From NCBI GenBank assembly GCA_963763775.1, contig CAVXPZ010000001.1:1184001-1248000 (forward strand): DNA of 64,000 nt, given 5' to 3'. Source of the DNA: an uncultured Chloroflexia bacterium. GTDB lineage: Bacteria > Chloroflexota > Limnocylindria > Limnocylindrales > CSP1-4. Shown here in pieces: positions 9,728 to 23,879 of the stretch (position 1 is its first letter; the number at the start of each line of letters is the position of its first letter). Under the pieces are notes generated by a model. It made no database searches. It had not been told where the DNA came from and was given only the letters and a program-made list of their open reading frames with translations. A program made the translations under genes and the position numbers.

Positions 9728-11978
9728 GAAGGGCGCGTCGGCCGGTCGGCCCGAGCCGACGCTCGAGCACGAACAGGCGCGCCCAGAAGTCCCCGAGCCT
9801 GGCCGCGTCGTGGCGCTCGAGGTCGAGCGCGAACCCGGCCGCCATGAGCTCGGCGCCGGTGCGCTCGCCGGCGTTGGCGCCGGACCAGCAGGTCGTCCGG
9901 GTCCGGCCAGCCCGACACCCGGTAGACCGCCGCCGGGCTCGAGGCCACGGAGCCGGACGCGGCGGTTCTCGGGCGTCGGCCGGTTCAGGATCCGGTAGAC
10001 GCCCACGACCGCGGTCGCCCCCGCCGGGTCGACCACCATCCAGGACACCGCGTCCGGGTCGGGCCCGAACGGGCTCTCGAGCCGATGCAGACGGCCGCGC
10101 TGGAACAGGTCGCGGTGCCGGGCGTAGAACGCGACCTGGGCGGCGACGGCCTCGCGCTCGGGGGCGGTCAGGGCCGTCGGGTCCAGCTCGTACCCGAACA
10201 CGCCGAAGAACGCGACCGCGGCGCGGGTCGCGATCGGCGTGACCCGGCCGGTCTGATGGTTCGGCACGGCCGAGACGTGCGCGCCCATCGCGCCCAGCGG
10301 GTACGCCATCGAGGTCCCCCACTGGATCCGGAGCCGCTCGACCGCGTCGGTGTCGTCGCTCGTCCAGGCCTGCGGCGCGATACGCGAGCATGCCGGGGTC
10401 GAAGCGGCCGCCCCCGCTCGCACAGGACTCGAACAGGATGTCCGGGAAGTCGCGCCGTGAGACGCCGGTACAGCTCGTACACGCCGAGGACGGAGCGGTG
10501 GAAGAACTCACCCTGCCGTTCCGGCGGCAGTCCGAGCCCGTACGGTTCGGTGACGTACCGGTTCATGTCCCACTTGACGTAGGTGATCGGCGCGCTGGCG
10601 AGGACGGCGCGTCAGCGCCTCGGTCAGGTGGTCGACCACCTCGGGCCGGCCGAGGTCGAGGACGAGCTGCTGGCGGCTCTCGGTCCGCGGCCGCCCGGGC
10701 ACGCCGATCGCCCAGTCCGGGTGGGCGCGGAACAGGTCGCTGTCGGCGGAGACCATCTCCGGCTCGATCCACAGGCCGAAGCCCATCCCGAGCTCGGTGA
10801 CGCGCTCGGCGACGGCCGCCGAGACCCTCCGGCAGCTTGCGCCGGTCGACGACCCAGTCGCCGAGCGAGCTGTCGTCGCGGTCGCGATGCCCGAACCAGC
10901 CGTCGTCGAGGACGAAGAGCTCGATCCCGAGCTCCCGCGCCGACCGGGCGATCGCGACGAGCCGATCGGCATCGAACGTCGAAGTAGGTCGCCTCCCAGT
11001 TGTTGATCAGGATCGGTCGGGGCCGGTCGCGCCAGCGACCGCGGGCCAGTCGCTCGCGGAAGAGCCCGTGGAGCGTCTCCGAGAGGCCGCCGAGCCCGGC
11101 GTCCGACCACGCGACGATGGCCTCCGGGGTCGTGAACGACGCGCCGGGCTCGAGATGCCAGCCGAACGTCTCGGGCTCGATGCCGAGGCGGACCCGGGTG
11201 GTCCCGAAGGCGTCGACCTCGGCCTCGGCGAGGAAGTTGCCCGAGTAGACGAGGCTGAAGGCCAGCGCCTCGCCGGCCGCCTCGTCCGTCGTCGGGCGGC
11301 GGAGCGCGAGGAACGGGTTGTGCTGGGCGCTCGAGACGCCACGGCTGCTCGAGGACGACTGGCGGCCCGGCACCAGCGCCCGCTCGACGACGTGCGTCTC
11401 GCGCGCCCAGGCGCCGGCCAGGCCGACCATCACCCAGCCGGCATCGGGCAGGTCGACCGAGACGCTCATCGCGGTTCGCAGGTCGACCGCGGCCGAGCCG
11501 CCCGCGCGGATGGTCGTGCTCCGGGCGATGGCCGAGCGGCCCGCGAAGATCGTGAAGCGGAGGTCGACCTCGAGCCCGGTGAGCTCGTCGACGAGGGTGA
11601 CCTCGAGCGTCTCGGCTTCGTCGTCGGTCTCGGCGTAGGTCGAGGGGAGGCCGTCGAGGTCGGGTTTGCCCTGGCTGATCCGGTGGTCGCGGTAGCGGAG
11701 CGCGAGGGCGGTCGCGCCGTCCGCCCCGGCGGCGACCAGCGCCGGGACGCGGAAGTCGCCGCCGCCCGGGGTCGGATACGCGAAGGGGACGGGGTCGCCG
11801 ACGCGGTTCGCGAAGCCCGCGAACGGGTCCGGGCCGAGGTGCCGGTACGACCGGCCGGCCGGCAGCGGGGCGCCGAGGTGGAGGTGGCCGAGCGACCCGT
11901 CCTCGTACACGCGCAGGACGAGGCTGATCCGCTCGTTGGTCAGGTGGAACTGGCGGTCGTCCGCGCGCCACTCGATGG

Positions 11979-11982
<4 letters not shown>
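9724..11982 (-). CDS. Alpha-galactosidase GH36 (several frameshifts; 3' end approximate)
   Basis: Segments across frames: [84 protein letters not shown]. Confidence 0.88.
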
Positions 11983-14964
<2,982 letters not shown>

Positions 14965-14968
<4 letters not shown>

Positions 14969-16179
14969 GACCGGGATTGTCGCACGCGACGAGGGGCTCG
15001 GACCGGAAAGGCGAACCAGCCGACCGCGGCGGCTGCGACCGCCAAGACCGCCCCGAGCGCGAAGACGGCGGCCGGCCCGACCGACGCGTACAGGATCCCG
15101 CCGACGAGGTTCGAGATCACCGCCGCCACCCCGAAGGCCACCGTCTGGAAGAGGGACTGACCGGTGGCCTGGAGGTCTGGCGGCAGGAGGACGGCGATGG
15201 TCATCACGACCCCGACGACGACGCCGGCGAAGGCCATCCCGGTGAAGAGCCGGCTCAGGATGATGACCGCCGGAACGTCGACGACCGCCCACGTCGCGAA
15301 ACACGCGGCGTAGATCAAGGCGCTCGCGACGAAGACGCCGCGCAGTCCGATCCGGATGACCACCCAGCCGATGACGAGCATCGAGGGGATCTCCGCGATG
15401 GACGACAGACCGGCCGAGAGCGCCACGTCCGACGGCCCGCCGCCAAGCTCGACGAGCCGAAGGCTCAGGAACGTGATCCCGGAGATCATCCCGATGTGGA
15501 CCAGGGCCACGGCCGTCAGGACCAGCCCGAGTCGTGGGGCGACCCGCAGCGCGACGCCGGCGGAACCGAACTGCCAGGAACGGTGTCGGGTCGGCGTCGA
15601 CGGATCCGCGTGGCGACGCGTGTCGAGCGCCGCCAGGTCGGCGCGTCCGACGTCGGGGATCCGGGTCGAGGCGACCGCCATCAGCATCGCCGAGCCCGTG
15701 CAGATGACGAACGCCGGGGCGTAGCCCGTCCGGTCATAGAGGAACCCGGCGCCGATCGCCGCCATCGCGAACCCCAGGCTCGAGAGCAGCCGGACGCGGG
15801 CATAGCTGCCGCCGGACGTCCGACCGCGGATCGCGTTGACGGTGATGGCGTCGGTGAGCGGCTGCCAGGACGACTCGAAGATCCAGAAGACGACGAACAG
15901 GGCCGCGACGACGATCGTCGGCCAGGCGCCGAGGAGCAGGAGCAGGGCGACCGACGCACCGAGGACGCCGACCTGGAGCGTTCGAGGCCGCCCCAACCGC
16001 ACGTCGGCGAGGTGGCCCCACGCGGGCACGGCGATCGTGAACGCGACGGCGCCAAGGGACGCGACGAGGCCGATGCCGCCCGGCTCGAACCCGAACGACG
16101 CCAGGATGACCGACACGAACGGGAGGAAGACCCCGACGGTGACGCCAAGCGCCAGGGCGAGGACACGAAGCGGTCGCAC
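14965..16179 (-). CDS. MFS transporter (MFS_1_like / nucleoside-sugar permease type)
   Basis: About 12 TM segments, WGHLAD, YARVRLLSSLGF; GTG start 6 nt after TACGAT. Confidence 0.82.
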
Positions 16180-16336
16180 CTCGGCATCGTAGCGGGCTAC
16201 CGGCCACTCCCTGGCCGGCCGGCCGCCGACGCGGCAACGGTTCGCATCGGATGATCGTTCTGGTCGGTATGACGTCGTCGCTCGGCCCGCACGAGTTGGC
16301 CTACCCTCATAGGCCAATGGCCGGTATCATGCGCCG

Positions 16337-17260
16337 ATGAGCGACCGCGGCAACCGGATCGACTGGCTGATCTTCTTCGGGCTCGGCTTCATCTGGGGCT
16401 CGAGCTACCTCTTCATCAAGCTCGCCGTCGATGATTTCGGGACGTTCACGCTCGTCGCGCTGCGGCTGTTCATCGGTGCGGCGCTCCTGTGGGCGGTCGT
16501 CCTCGCCGCGCGCCAGGAGCTGCCGCGCGAGCGGCGGATGTACGGCCACCTGTTCGTCATGGCCGTCATCAACATCACGATCCCGTTCCTGCTCATCACC
16601 TGGGCCGAGCAGTCGGTGGAGTCGTCGCTCGCGGCGATCCTGACCTCGCCGGTGCCGCTGTTCGCGATCGTGCTGTCGGCACTGTTCCTCCCCGACGAGC
16701 CGATGCGCGTCAACGGCCTGATCGGGCTCGCCGTCGGGTTCGTCGGCGTGATCCTCGTCGTCAGCCCCGGCCTGACCGGCGCCGGGTCGTCGGCCACCGG
16801 CGAGATCGCCCTGATCGGCGCGGCCATCAGCTACGCGTGCGGCGCGGTCTACGCCCGGCGGAACGTGCGCGGTCTCCGGCCGATGGTGCCGGCCGTGTTC
16901 CAGGTGACCTTCGCGTTGCTCATCACGGGCGTCCTCGCGCTGCTCTTCGAGCACCCGTGGACCGTGACGCCGGACGCCCAGGCGATCTTCTCGATCATCT
17001 GGCTCGGCGTCCTCGGGTCGGGGCTCGCGTACCTGTTCGTGTTCCGGCTCTTCTCGCACTGGGGCGCGACCCGGACGACGCTCGTCGCGTACCTGATCCC
17101 GGTGGTGGGGATCGTCCTGGGCTATCTCGTGCTGGCCGAGCCGGTCGACGGCCGGCTCGTCATCGGCACGGCCCTGATCATCTCGGGCATCGGCCTGGTC
17201 AACAGCCGACGCGGTCGGCGACGCGTGTTCGGACGGGTACCGCCGATCGAGGCCACCTGA
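16337..17260 (+). CDS. EamA/DMT family transporter
   Basis: IWGSSYLFIK, two EamA repeats, about 10 TMs, GSGLAY. Confidence 0.9.
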   Translation: MSDRGNRIDWLIFFGLGFIWGSSYLFIKLAVDDFGTFTLVALRLFIGAALLWAVVLAARQELPRERRMYGHLFVMAVINITIPFLLITWAEQSVESSLAAILTSPVPLFAIVLSALFLPDEPMRVNGLIGLAVGFVGVILVVSPGLTGAGSSATGEIALIGAAISYACGAVYARRNVRGLRPMVPAVFQVTFALLITGVLALLFEHPWTVTPDAQAIFSIIWLGVLGSGLAYLFVFRLFSHWGATRTTLVAYLIPVVGIVLGYLVLAEPVDGRLVIGTALIISGIGLVNSRRGRRRVFGRVPPIEAT

Positions 17261-17306
17261 GGGGACCGTCCGAGCGCGCGTGGTCCGGGTTTGACGGGCC
17301 GAAGCC

Positions 17307-18182
17307 CTACCCCACCGCCAGGAGCAGGGCACCCGTCACGATCAACACGGAGGCCCCGACGCGCCGGGTGACCTCGCCCCGGCTCGCGGCCTCGCCAAGC
17401 TTGACCGAGCCCCAGGCCGCGGCGAAGACCGTCGCGGACTCGCGCAGCGGCGCGACGCCGGACAGGGGCGCGACGCTCAGGGCGACCAGGATGCACAGGT
17501 ACGCGCCGAGCGTCAGGAGGCCACCGATCGCGGACCGGCGCACCTGTTCCCGCCCGCCGGCGAAGATCCCGCCGCCCGCGACCAGGGTGACCCAGAGCAC
17601 CAGCATCACGCACGTCGTCGTCCACAGGATCGCGGCGTACGGGACCGGGTCGATCAGCCTCGTCCCCACCGTGTCCACCGCGCTGTAGATCGCGATCGAC
17701 ACGCCCGTCGCGAGGGCGAAGGCGATCGAGGCGTCGAAGCCCGAGCCGCCCCGCAGGAACCGCCACGGCCGTTGCAGCCAGAGGAAGCCGACGAGCAGGA
17801 AGACCACCCCGATCGAGCCCGGGACGCCGAGGCGCTCGCCCAGCACCACGACGCCGATGACGACCGCCACGAGCGGCGCGGTCCCGCGGGCCAGCGGGTA
17901 GACGACCGAGAGGTCACCCCGCCGATACGCGGCGGAGAGCAGGATGAAGTACCCGGCCTCGACCGTGCCGGAGATCAGACCGAGGAGCACGCCCTCGGTG
18001 GACGGCGCCTCCGCCCCACTCGCGTACCACCAGAGCAGGCCGGCCGGGACGATGACCAGCGAGCCGGTGAGCATCCCGACCGTCGCGGCGCGCAACGGGT
18101 CACCGGCGGTCTTGAGACGGACGTTCCACGCGACGTGGAGCACGGCCGAGAACGCGACCAGGCCGATGATGAGGGGGCTCAC
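17307..18182 (-). CDS. EamA/DMT family transporter
   Basis: SAVLHVAWN, AYRRGDLSVVYPLARG, VAPLRES motifs. Confidence 0.88.
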   Translation of the reverse strand: MSPLIIGLVAFSAVLHVAWNVRLKTAGDPLRAATVGMLTGSLVIVPAGLLWWYASGAEAPSTEGVLLGLISGTVEAGYFILLSAAYRRGDLSVVYPLARGTAPLVAVVIGVVVLGERLGVPGSIGVVFLLVGFLWLQRPWRFLRGGSGFDASIAFALATGVSIAIYSAVDTVGTRLIDPVPYAAILWTTTCVMLVLWVTLVAGGGIFAGGREQVRRSAIGGLLTLGAYLCILVALSVAPLSGVAPLRESATVFAAAWGSVKLGEAASRGEVTRRVGASVLIVTGALLLAVG

Positions 18183-18201
18183 CCCCGGACGTTACAAGAC
18201 G

Positions 18202-19893
18202 CTAGCGGTCGAGGTCGCGCCGTCGCAGTCCCCACGCCCCGACGAGCACGCCGCCGATCGCGAGCAGGGCGGCAGCCACGATCCCGGTCGGATCGATCAC
18301 GCCGGCCATCGGCTGCCCGAGGTGCTTGAACAGGCTGAGCTGGAGGACCGGATCGGGAAGCTTCAGGGCCGGTCCGAGCAGGTCCAGCGTGAACGTCGCG
18401 ATCGCGAGGAGCGCCGTCGCCGGTGCCGCCCATGACGCGCTGACAAGGCCGCCGACGGCGAGGCCGATCCCGGCGAATGCGGCCGCGGCCAGACCCAGGA
18501 TCGCGGTCCCGACGACCGGCCCGGCGAGGTCGCCCGCCTGGGTCGCCACCGCGAGGGCCACGCAGGCCGCCGCGACGAGTGTCGTCACCGCGATCGCGGC
18601 CATGACGCCGACGCTGCTCGAGAGCATCCAGCGCACTCGGCTGATCGGGACCGCCATCACGACGGCCAGGCGTCCACCGCCCTCGTCCCCGGCCCAGCCG
18701 GCGACGAAGCTCGCCGCGGCGAGGCACATCACGAGCGACGCGAACCCGTAGAACGTCAGCTGGAGGATGCCCGACGGCTGCGAGAAGTCGATGTCGGGGT
18801 AGACCTGCTTCACGAGGTTCACGATCCCCGGGATCTGGCCGAGGCTCTCGGCGAACGCTTTCGCCGACGCGACGATGAGCGCGCCGTACGCCCCGATGGC
18901 CAGGCCCCACGCGATGGCGATCGACGTGCGGTCGGCGAGCTGCCGCCGGAACGGGCCGCCGATGCCGGCGGGAAGCGACGGGAGCCGAAGCCAGCCGAGC
19001 GCCGCGGCGTTCCCGACATCGCGTCGCACGAAGCCCGCGACGCCGACGCCGAGGAGGACCACGCACACGCCGGCCAGCACGGCGACGGACGGCCAGTCCG
19101 TGACGCCCGCCATCGGCCGGTGCCCGGCGGTCCACGCATCCCAGGACAACGGCCGCAGCGCCTCGATGGCGGGCCCGATCGAGGAGTACGCGTTGATGAG
19201 GTTGCTGCCGAACAGCGCGATGAGGCCGAAGGCGGCCGCGCGGGTCCGACCGACGAACGGCGCGGTCGCGAACGCGACGGACCCGGCCGCAAGCATCAAG
19301 AGACCGAACAGGAGGGCCTGGCCGAACGCGGCCCCCAGGGGGATCCGGTCACCGGGCAGCAGCGCGAACTGCTGCCCCACGAGCCAGGTCATGACCGCCC
19401 AGATCGAGACGGCCGCGGCGAGGGCCGTGACGTGTCCACCGACCTTCTGCAAGGCCAGCGAGCGGCGCGCGTGCGGCGTCGAGGCCAGCAGGTCCAGGCT
19501 CCCCTTGGCCGCCTCGCCCGCGAGCGTCCCGGACAGCACCAGGACCGGCCAGATCCCGAAGATCACCGGCAGCGTGTTCGCGATGCGCCAGGACAGGAAC
19601 CCGCCGAGGTGCTCGATGTCGATCGGCTGGCCGAGCAGGCCGCGAAGCGCGAGCGGCAGCGACAGGATCCCCTGCACGAACTGCTGGCGGAGCGCGATGG
19701 TGGCGAACTCCGGGGCCGTGCCGTACGGCGCGCCTGTCCCGAACATGAAGAGCCCGGCGACCACGCCGACGATGATCGCCGCGCGCCGGCCGTCGCGGAC
19801 CGACTTGGCATAGACGCTGCGCAGCCCCATGAGTCGCGACCACGGACGCGACCGTGGCATCCGCCACGCGCGGACGGGCGCCTCAGCGCTCAT
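18202..19893 (-). CDS. ABC-2 type exporter permease with two tandem membrane domains
   Basis: Two halves each with an AGE/GDE..G.L..L..P.SR-type motif; about 12 TMs; directly downstream of the ATPase gene. Confidence 0.82.
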   Translation of the reverse strand: MSAEAPVRAWRMPRSRPWSRLMGLRSVYAKSVRDGRRAAIIVGVVAGLFMFGTGAPYGTAPEFATIALRQQFVQGILSLPLALRGLLGQPIDIEHLGGFLSWRIANTLPVIFGIWPVLVLSGTLAGEAAKGSLDLLASTPHARRSLALQKVGGHVTALAAAVSIWAVMTWLVGQQFALLPGDRIPLGAAFGQALLFGLLMLAAGSVAFATAPFVGRTRAAAFGLIALFGSNLINAYSSIGPAIEALRPLSWDAWTAGHRPMAGVTDWPSVAVLAGVCVVLLGVGVAGFVRRDVGNAAALGWLRLPSLPAGIGGPFRRQLADRTSIAIAWGLAIGAYGALIVASAKAFAESLGQIPGIVNLVKQVYPDIDFSQPSGILQLTFYGFASLVMCLAAASFVAGWAGDEGGGRLAVVMAVPISRVRWMLSSSVGVMAAIAVTTLVAAACVALAVATQAGDLAGPVVGTAILGLAAAAFAGIGLAVGGLVSASWAAPATALLAIATFTLDLLGPALKLPDPVLQLSLFKHLGQPMAGVIDPTGIVAAALLAIGGVLVGAWGLRRRDLDR

Positions 19894-20794
19894 CGTTGAC
19901 CGTGACCGCCTCCTGCCCGTACTGCGCGAGGAAGACGTCCTCGAGGTTCGGCTCGCGGCTCACCACGTCCACCAGGCCGTGCGGTGCCGCGGCGGCCATG
20001 ACCGCCCCGACCGGTCCGTTGACCCGCATCCGGATGCTGGTCCCTTCCGCCTCCACCTGGCTGACGCCGTCGAGTCCCGCGAAGATCTCGGCGGATACCG
20101 GGTCACGGAACGTCAGTTCGACGTGGTGGAACGCCAGCTGGCGGATCGCCTCGATCCGGTCGACCTGGACGAGCCGGCCCTCGCGGATGATCGCGACGCG
20201 GTCGCAGGTCCGGTCCACCTCGTCGATGATGTGCGACGAGAGGAAGATCGTCCGGCCTTCTTCCCTGGCCTCGCGGACGAGCTCGAAGAAGCGCTGCTGG
20301 ATGAGCGGGTCGAGACCGGACGTCGGCTCGTCGAGGATCAGCAGGTCGGGCTTGTGCTGGAGCGCGACGATCAGCCCGACCTTCTGCTTGTTGCCCTTCG
20401 AGTACTCCTTGAAACGGCGACTCGGGTCGAAGTCGAAGCGCTCGATGAGGCTCGAGACGTAGGCCTCGTCGACGCCGCCTCGCAGGTTCGCGAAGTACGC
20501 GATCGTGTCCGAGCCCGTGAGGCGGTCGTACAGGTCGAACTCACCCGGGAGGTATCCGACGCGACGATGGATCGCCACCGGGTCCGCCGTCGTCTCGATG
20601 CCGAACACCGTCGCCCGCCCGGATGTCGGCCGGATCAGGTCGAGCAGCACCCGCATCGTCGTGGTCTTGCCGGCCCCGTTCGGACCGAGGAACCCGAAGA
20701 TCTCGCCGGGCTGGACCTCGAGGTCGAGATCGGTGATCCCGCGATGCTCGCCGTAGCGCTTGGTCAGCCGCTCGGTCCTGATGACGGGGTCCAT
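19883..20794 (-). CDS. ABC exporter ATP-binding protein
   Basis: Walker A GPNGAGKTT, YSKGNKQK signature, LILDEPT, SSH. Confidence 0.95.
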   Translation of the reverse strand: MDPVIRTERLTKRYGEHRGITDLDLEVQPGEIFGFLGPNGAGKTTTMRVLLDLIRPTSGRATVFGIETTADPVAIHRRVGYLPGEFDLYDRLTGSDTIAYFANLRGGVDEAYVSSLIERFDFDPSRRFKEYSKGNKQKVGLIVALQHKPDLLILDEPTSGLDPLIQQRFFELVREAREEGRTIFLSSHIIDEVDRTCDRVAIIREGRLVQVDRIEAIRQLAFHHVELTFRDPVSAEIFAGLDGVSQVEAEGTSIRMRVNGPVGAVMAAAAPHGLVDVVSREPNLEDVFLAQYGQEAVTVNDER

Positions 20795-20864
20795 GCCGCT
20801 CCTTCCGCTGTCGGGACCGACGGGTCCTGGAGCGGACCGTAGCAGGGCGACCGTCGCCGAATCG

Positions 20865-21383
20865 TTACGACGCGCGGTCGGACGTCCGTTGCACGGCCTC
20901 GGCGCGTTCCTTGAGCGCCCGCAGGTGCGCCTCGACGCGCGTGCCGAGCGAGCCGCGACCCAGCCGGACCAGGAGGCCGGTCCATCGGTCGTACGGCTCG
21001 AACGTGGCGGAGTGGATGACCCGCGTGCCGCCGGCGACCGCCTCGAGCTGCCAGCCCCACTCGCTGTCGAAGCCGGACCCGCTGATCCGCAGCCGGAACT
21101 TGGCGTCCGGGCGCGCCTCGAGGCTCTCGACGCGGGCGTCCTCGCGGAGCAGCCCGAGCCGGGTCCGGGCCGGGCGGGTCGTGGCCGCAGCCGGCCAGCT
21201 CGGCATCGCCGGGCCGAACCGCAGCTCCGGATAGATGGCGCTGCTCCAGGCGGGGTCGTGCAGCGTCGCCCAGACGATCCGCGGCGTGGCCTGGACGAAG
21301 ACGCGACGCTCGACGCGGCCGTCCGCGCGGCGATGGTCGCCGGGCCGTCGGTAGCCCACCTCGGGATCGGGACGCACGGCCAC
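20865..21383 (-). CDS. SRPBCC/START-like family protein
   Basis: VERRVFVQATPRIVWATLHDP N-terminus and C-terminal LRALKERAE helix. Confidence 0.7.
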   Translation of the reverse strand: MAVRPDPEVGYRRPGDHRRADGRVERRVFVQATPRIVWATLHDPAWSSAIYPELRFGPAMPSWPAAATTRPARTRLGLLREDARVESLEARPDAKFRLRISGSGFDSEWGWQLEAVAGGTRVIHSATFEPYDRWTGLLVRLGRGSLGTRVEAHLRALKERAEAVQRTSDRAS

Positions 21384-21386
21384 GAC

Positions 21387-22276
21387 CTAGACGCCGATCG
21401 GGTGCCAGACCGTCTTCATCTCGAGGAAGGCGGCGATCCATTCGGGGCGCTCGGCGGCGCGGTCGTCGAGCCAGTCGAAGCGGGCCTCGTCGACGGTCGT
21501 CGGACGTCGCAGGATCCGCTTGATGTCGTCGGCGGCCAGCAGCTCGGTCTCCAGCCGCGATCGCATCGGGGACGCCCCACGTGTCGAGCGCGTCGACATC
21601 GACGTGCCCGGCCAGGACGGACACGAGTTCCGCCTTGAACCCGGTCAGCACGTTGACGACCCCGCCGGGCACGTCGGACGTGGCGAGCACCTCGCTCAGC
21701 GTCACGGCGGGGAGCGGCCGGGTCTCGGACGTGATGAGGACGACGGCATTCCCCGACACGAGCGGCGGCGCGAGCCGGCTCACGAGCCCCAGCAGCGATG
21801 AGGTCTCGGGCGCGACCACGCCCGACGACGCCGGTCGCCTCGGGGATCGTGAAGTTGAAGTACGGCGCCGCGACCGGGTTGGACGACCCGAGCACCTGGG
21901 CGATCTTGTCGGCCCAGCCCGCGTACCAGACCCAGCGGTCGATGGCGCGGTCCACGATCTGGCGAGCCTTCGCGTCGCGGACGCCCTCGGCCTGGGCCAC
22001 CTCGCCGACGAACTGGTCGTGGCGTCCCTCCATCAGCTCGGCGACGCGGTACAGCACCTGGCCGCGGTTCATCGCGGTCTTGTCGGCCCAGCCCGGCTGC
22101 GCCTTGCGCGCGGCCCGCACCGCGTCGCGGAGGTCCTTGCGCGACGCGCGGCAGGCGTTGGCGAGCGGCGTGCCGTCCGCGGCGCTGACCAGGTAGGAGC
22201 GCCCGGATTCGGTCCGCGGGAACGCCCCGCCGATGTAGAGCTTGTAGGTCTTGCGCACCTCGAGGCGGTCGGCCAT
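21387..22276 (-). CDS. Short aldehyde-dehydrogenase-like protein lacking the catalytic domain (frameshifts near 21820 and 21560)
   Basis: KTYKLYIGGAFPRTESGR, WVWYAGWADK, PGGVVNVLTG, ends FLEMKTVWHPIGV; about 290 aa with no ELGGK/Cys region. Confidence 0.8.
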
Positions 22277-22277
22277 G

Positions 22278-23801
22278 TCAGCGGTCCTCGAGCCGGACGT
22301 ACGCGTGCAGGCCGTGCATGCCGCCCTCGCGGCCGAAGCCCGACTCCTTGTAGCCGCCGAACGGCGACGTCGGGTCGAAGCGGTTGAACGTGTTGGCCCA
22401 GACGACGCCCGCCTTCATCCTGGAGACCATCGAGAGGATCCGCGACCCCTTGTCGGTCCAGATCCCGGCCGACAGCCCGTACGGGGTGTTGTTGGCCTTC
22501 TCGACGGCCTCGTCGGGCGTCCGGAACGTCAGCACGGACAGCACCGGCCCGAAGATCTCCTCGCGGGCGATGCGATGGCTCTGTGCCACGTTCGTGAAGA
22601 GCGTCGGGCGGAAGAAGTAGCCACGCTCGGGCAGGTCGCAGGCGGGCTGGTAGAGCTCGGCGCCCTCGGCCACGCCGGACGCGACGAGCTCGGTGATCTT
22701 CTCGAGCTGGCTCTTCGAGTTGATCGCCCCGACGTCGGTGTTCTTGTCGAGCGGGTCGCCGACGCGGATCGTCGCGAGCCGGTCCTTGAGCTTGTCGATG
22801 AGCGTGTCCGCGATCGACTCCTGGACGAGCAGCCGCGATCCCGCGCAGCAGACCTCGCCCTGGTTGAAGTAGATGCCGTTGACGATGCCCTCGACGGCCT
22901 GGTCGAGCGGGGCGTCGTCGAAGACGATGTTCGCGGCCTTGCCGCCGAGCTCGAGGGTCAGCGCCTTGTCCGTGCCGGCGACACCGCGGAAGATCTTGCG
23001 GCCGATCTCGGTCGACCCGGTGAACGCCACCTTGTCGACGTCCGGGTGCGTGACGAGCGACATCCCCACCTCGCCCGGACCCGGGACGATGTTGACGACC
23101 CCGTCCGGCAGGTCGGCCTGGCGGCACACCTCGGCGAAGAGCAGGGCGGAGAGCGGCGTGGTGGACGCCGGCTTCAGGACGACGGTGTTCCCGGCGGCCA
23201 GCGCCGGCGCGATCTTCCAGGCGAGCATCAGCAGCGGGAAGTTCCAGGGGATGATCTGGGCGGCGACGCCGAGCGGGGTGGCCCGGCGGCCGGGGAAGGC
23301 GTAGTCGAGCTTGTCGGCCCAGCCCGCGTAGTACCAGAAGTGCGCTGCGGCGAGCGGGACGTCGACGTCGCGGCTCTCCTTGATCGGCTTGCCGGAGTCC
23401 ATCGACTCGAGCACCGCGAACTCGCGACTCCGCTCCTGGAGGATCCGGGCGATCCGGAACAGGTACTTGGCGCGCTCGCGGCCGGACAGCTTCTTCCAGG
23501 TCTTGTCCGACGCCCGGCGCGCGGCCTTGACCGCGGTGTCGATGTCGACCGCCGACGCGCGCGCGACCTCCGCGAGCGGCTGCTCGGTCGAGGGGTCGAT
23601 CGTCGTGAAGACGGCTCCGTCCGCCGCGGGGACCTCGCGACCACCGATGAAGAGGCCGTAGCGAGGCTTGATGGTGACGATGTCACGCGCTTCCGGCGCA
23701 GGCGCATACTCCCAGGGGATCGCCTGGCCATCGCCCAGACCCCAGCTGGACGGCGCGCTCGACGTCGTCGACGCGATCGGGACGCGGGTGTCATCGGCCA
23801 T
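22278..23801 (-). CDS. Aldehyde dehydrogenase
   Basis: IIPWNFP, FTGSTEIG, LELGGK, FNQGEVCCAG, EEIFGP, PFGGYKESGFGRE. Confidence 0.96.
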   Translation of the reverse strand: MADDTRVPIASTTSSAPSSWGLGDGQAIPWEYAPAPEARDIVTIKPRYGLFIGGREVPAADGAVFTTIDPSTEQPLAEVARASAVDIDTAVKAARRASDKTWKKLSGRERAKYLFRIARILQERSREFAVLESMDSGKPIKESRDVDVPLAAAHFWYYAGWADKLDYAFPGRRATPLGVAAQIIPWNFPLLMLAWKIAPALAAGNTVVLKPASTTPLSALLFAEVCRQADLPDGVVNIVPGPGEVGMSLVTHPDVDKVAFTGSTEIGRKIFRGVAGTDKALTLELGGKAANIVFDDAPLDQAVEGIVNGIYFNQGEVCCAGSRLLVQESIADTLIDKLKDRLATIRVGDPLDKNTDVGAINSKSQLEKITELVASGVAEGAELYQPACDLPERGYFFRPTLFTNVAQSHRIAREEIFGPVLSVLTFRTPDEAVEKANNTPYGLSAGIWTDKGSRILSMVSRMKAGVVWANTFNRFDPTSPFGGYKESGFGREGGMHGLHAYVRLEDR

Positions 23802-23879
23802 CGAACGGCATCATAGCGCCCGGACACGGCCCGCCCCGGGATGGGGCCTCGGCCGGGCGCGGGTCGACAGGAGGACCTC

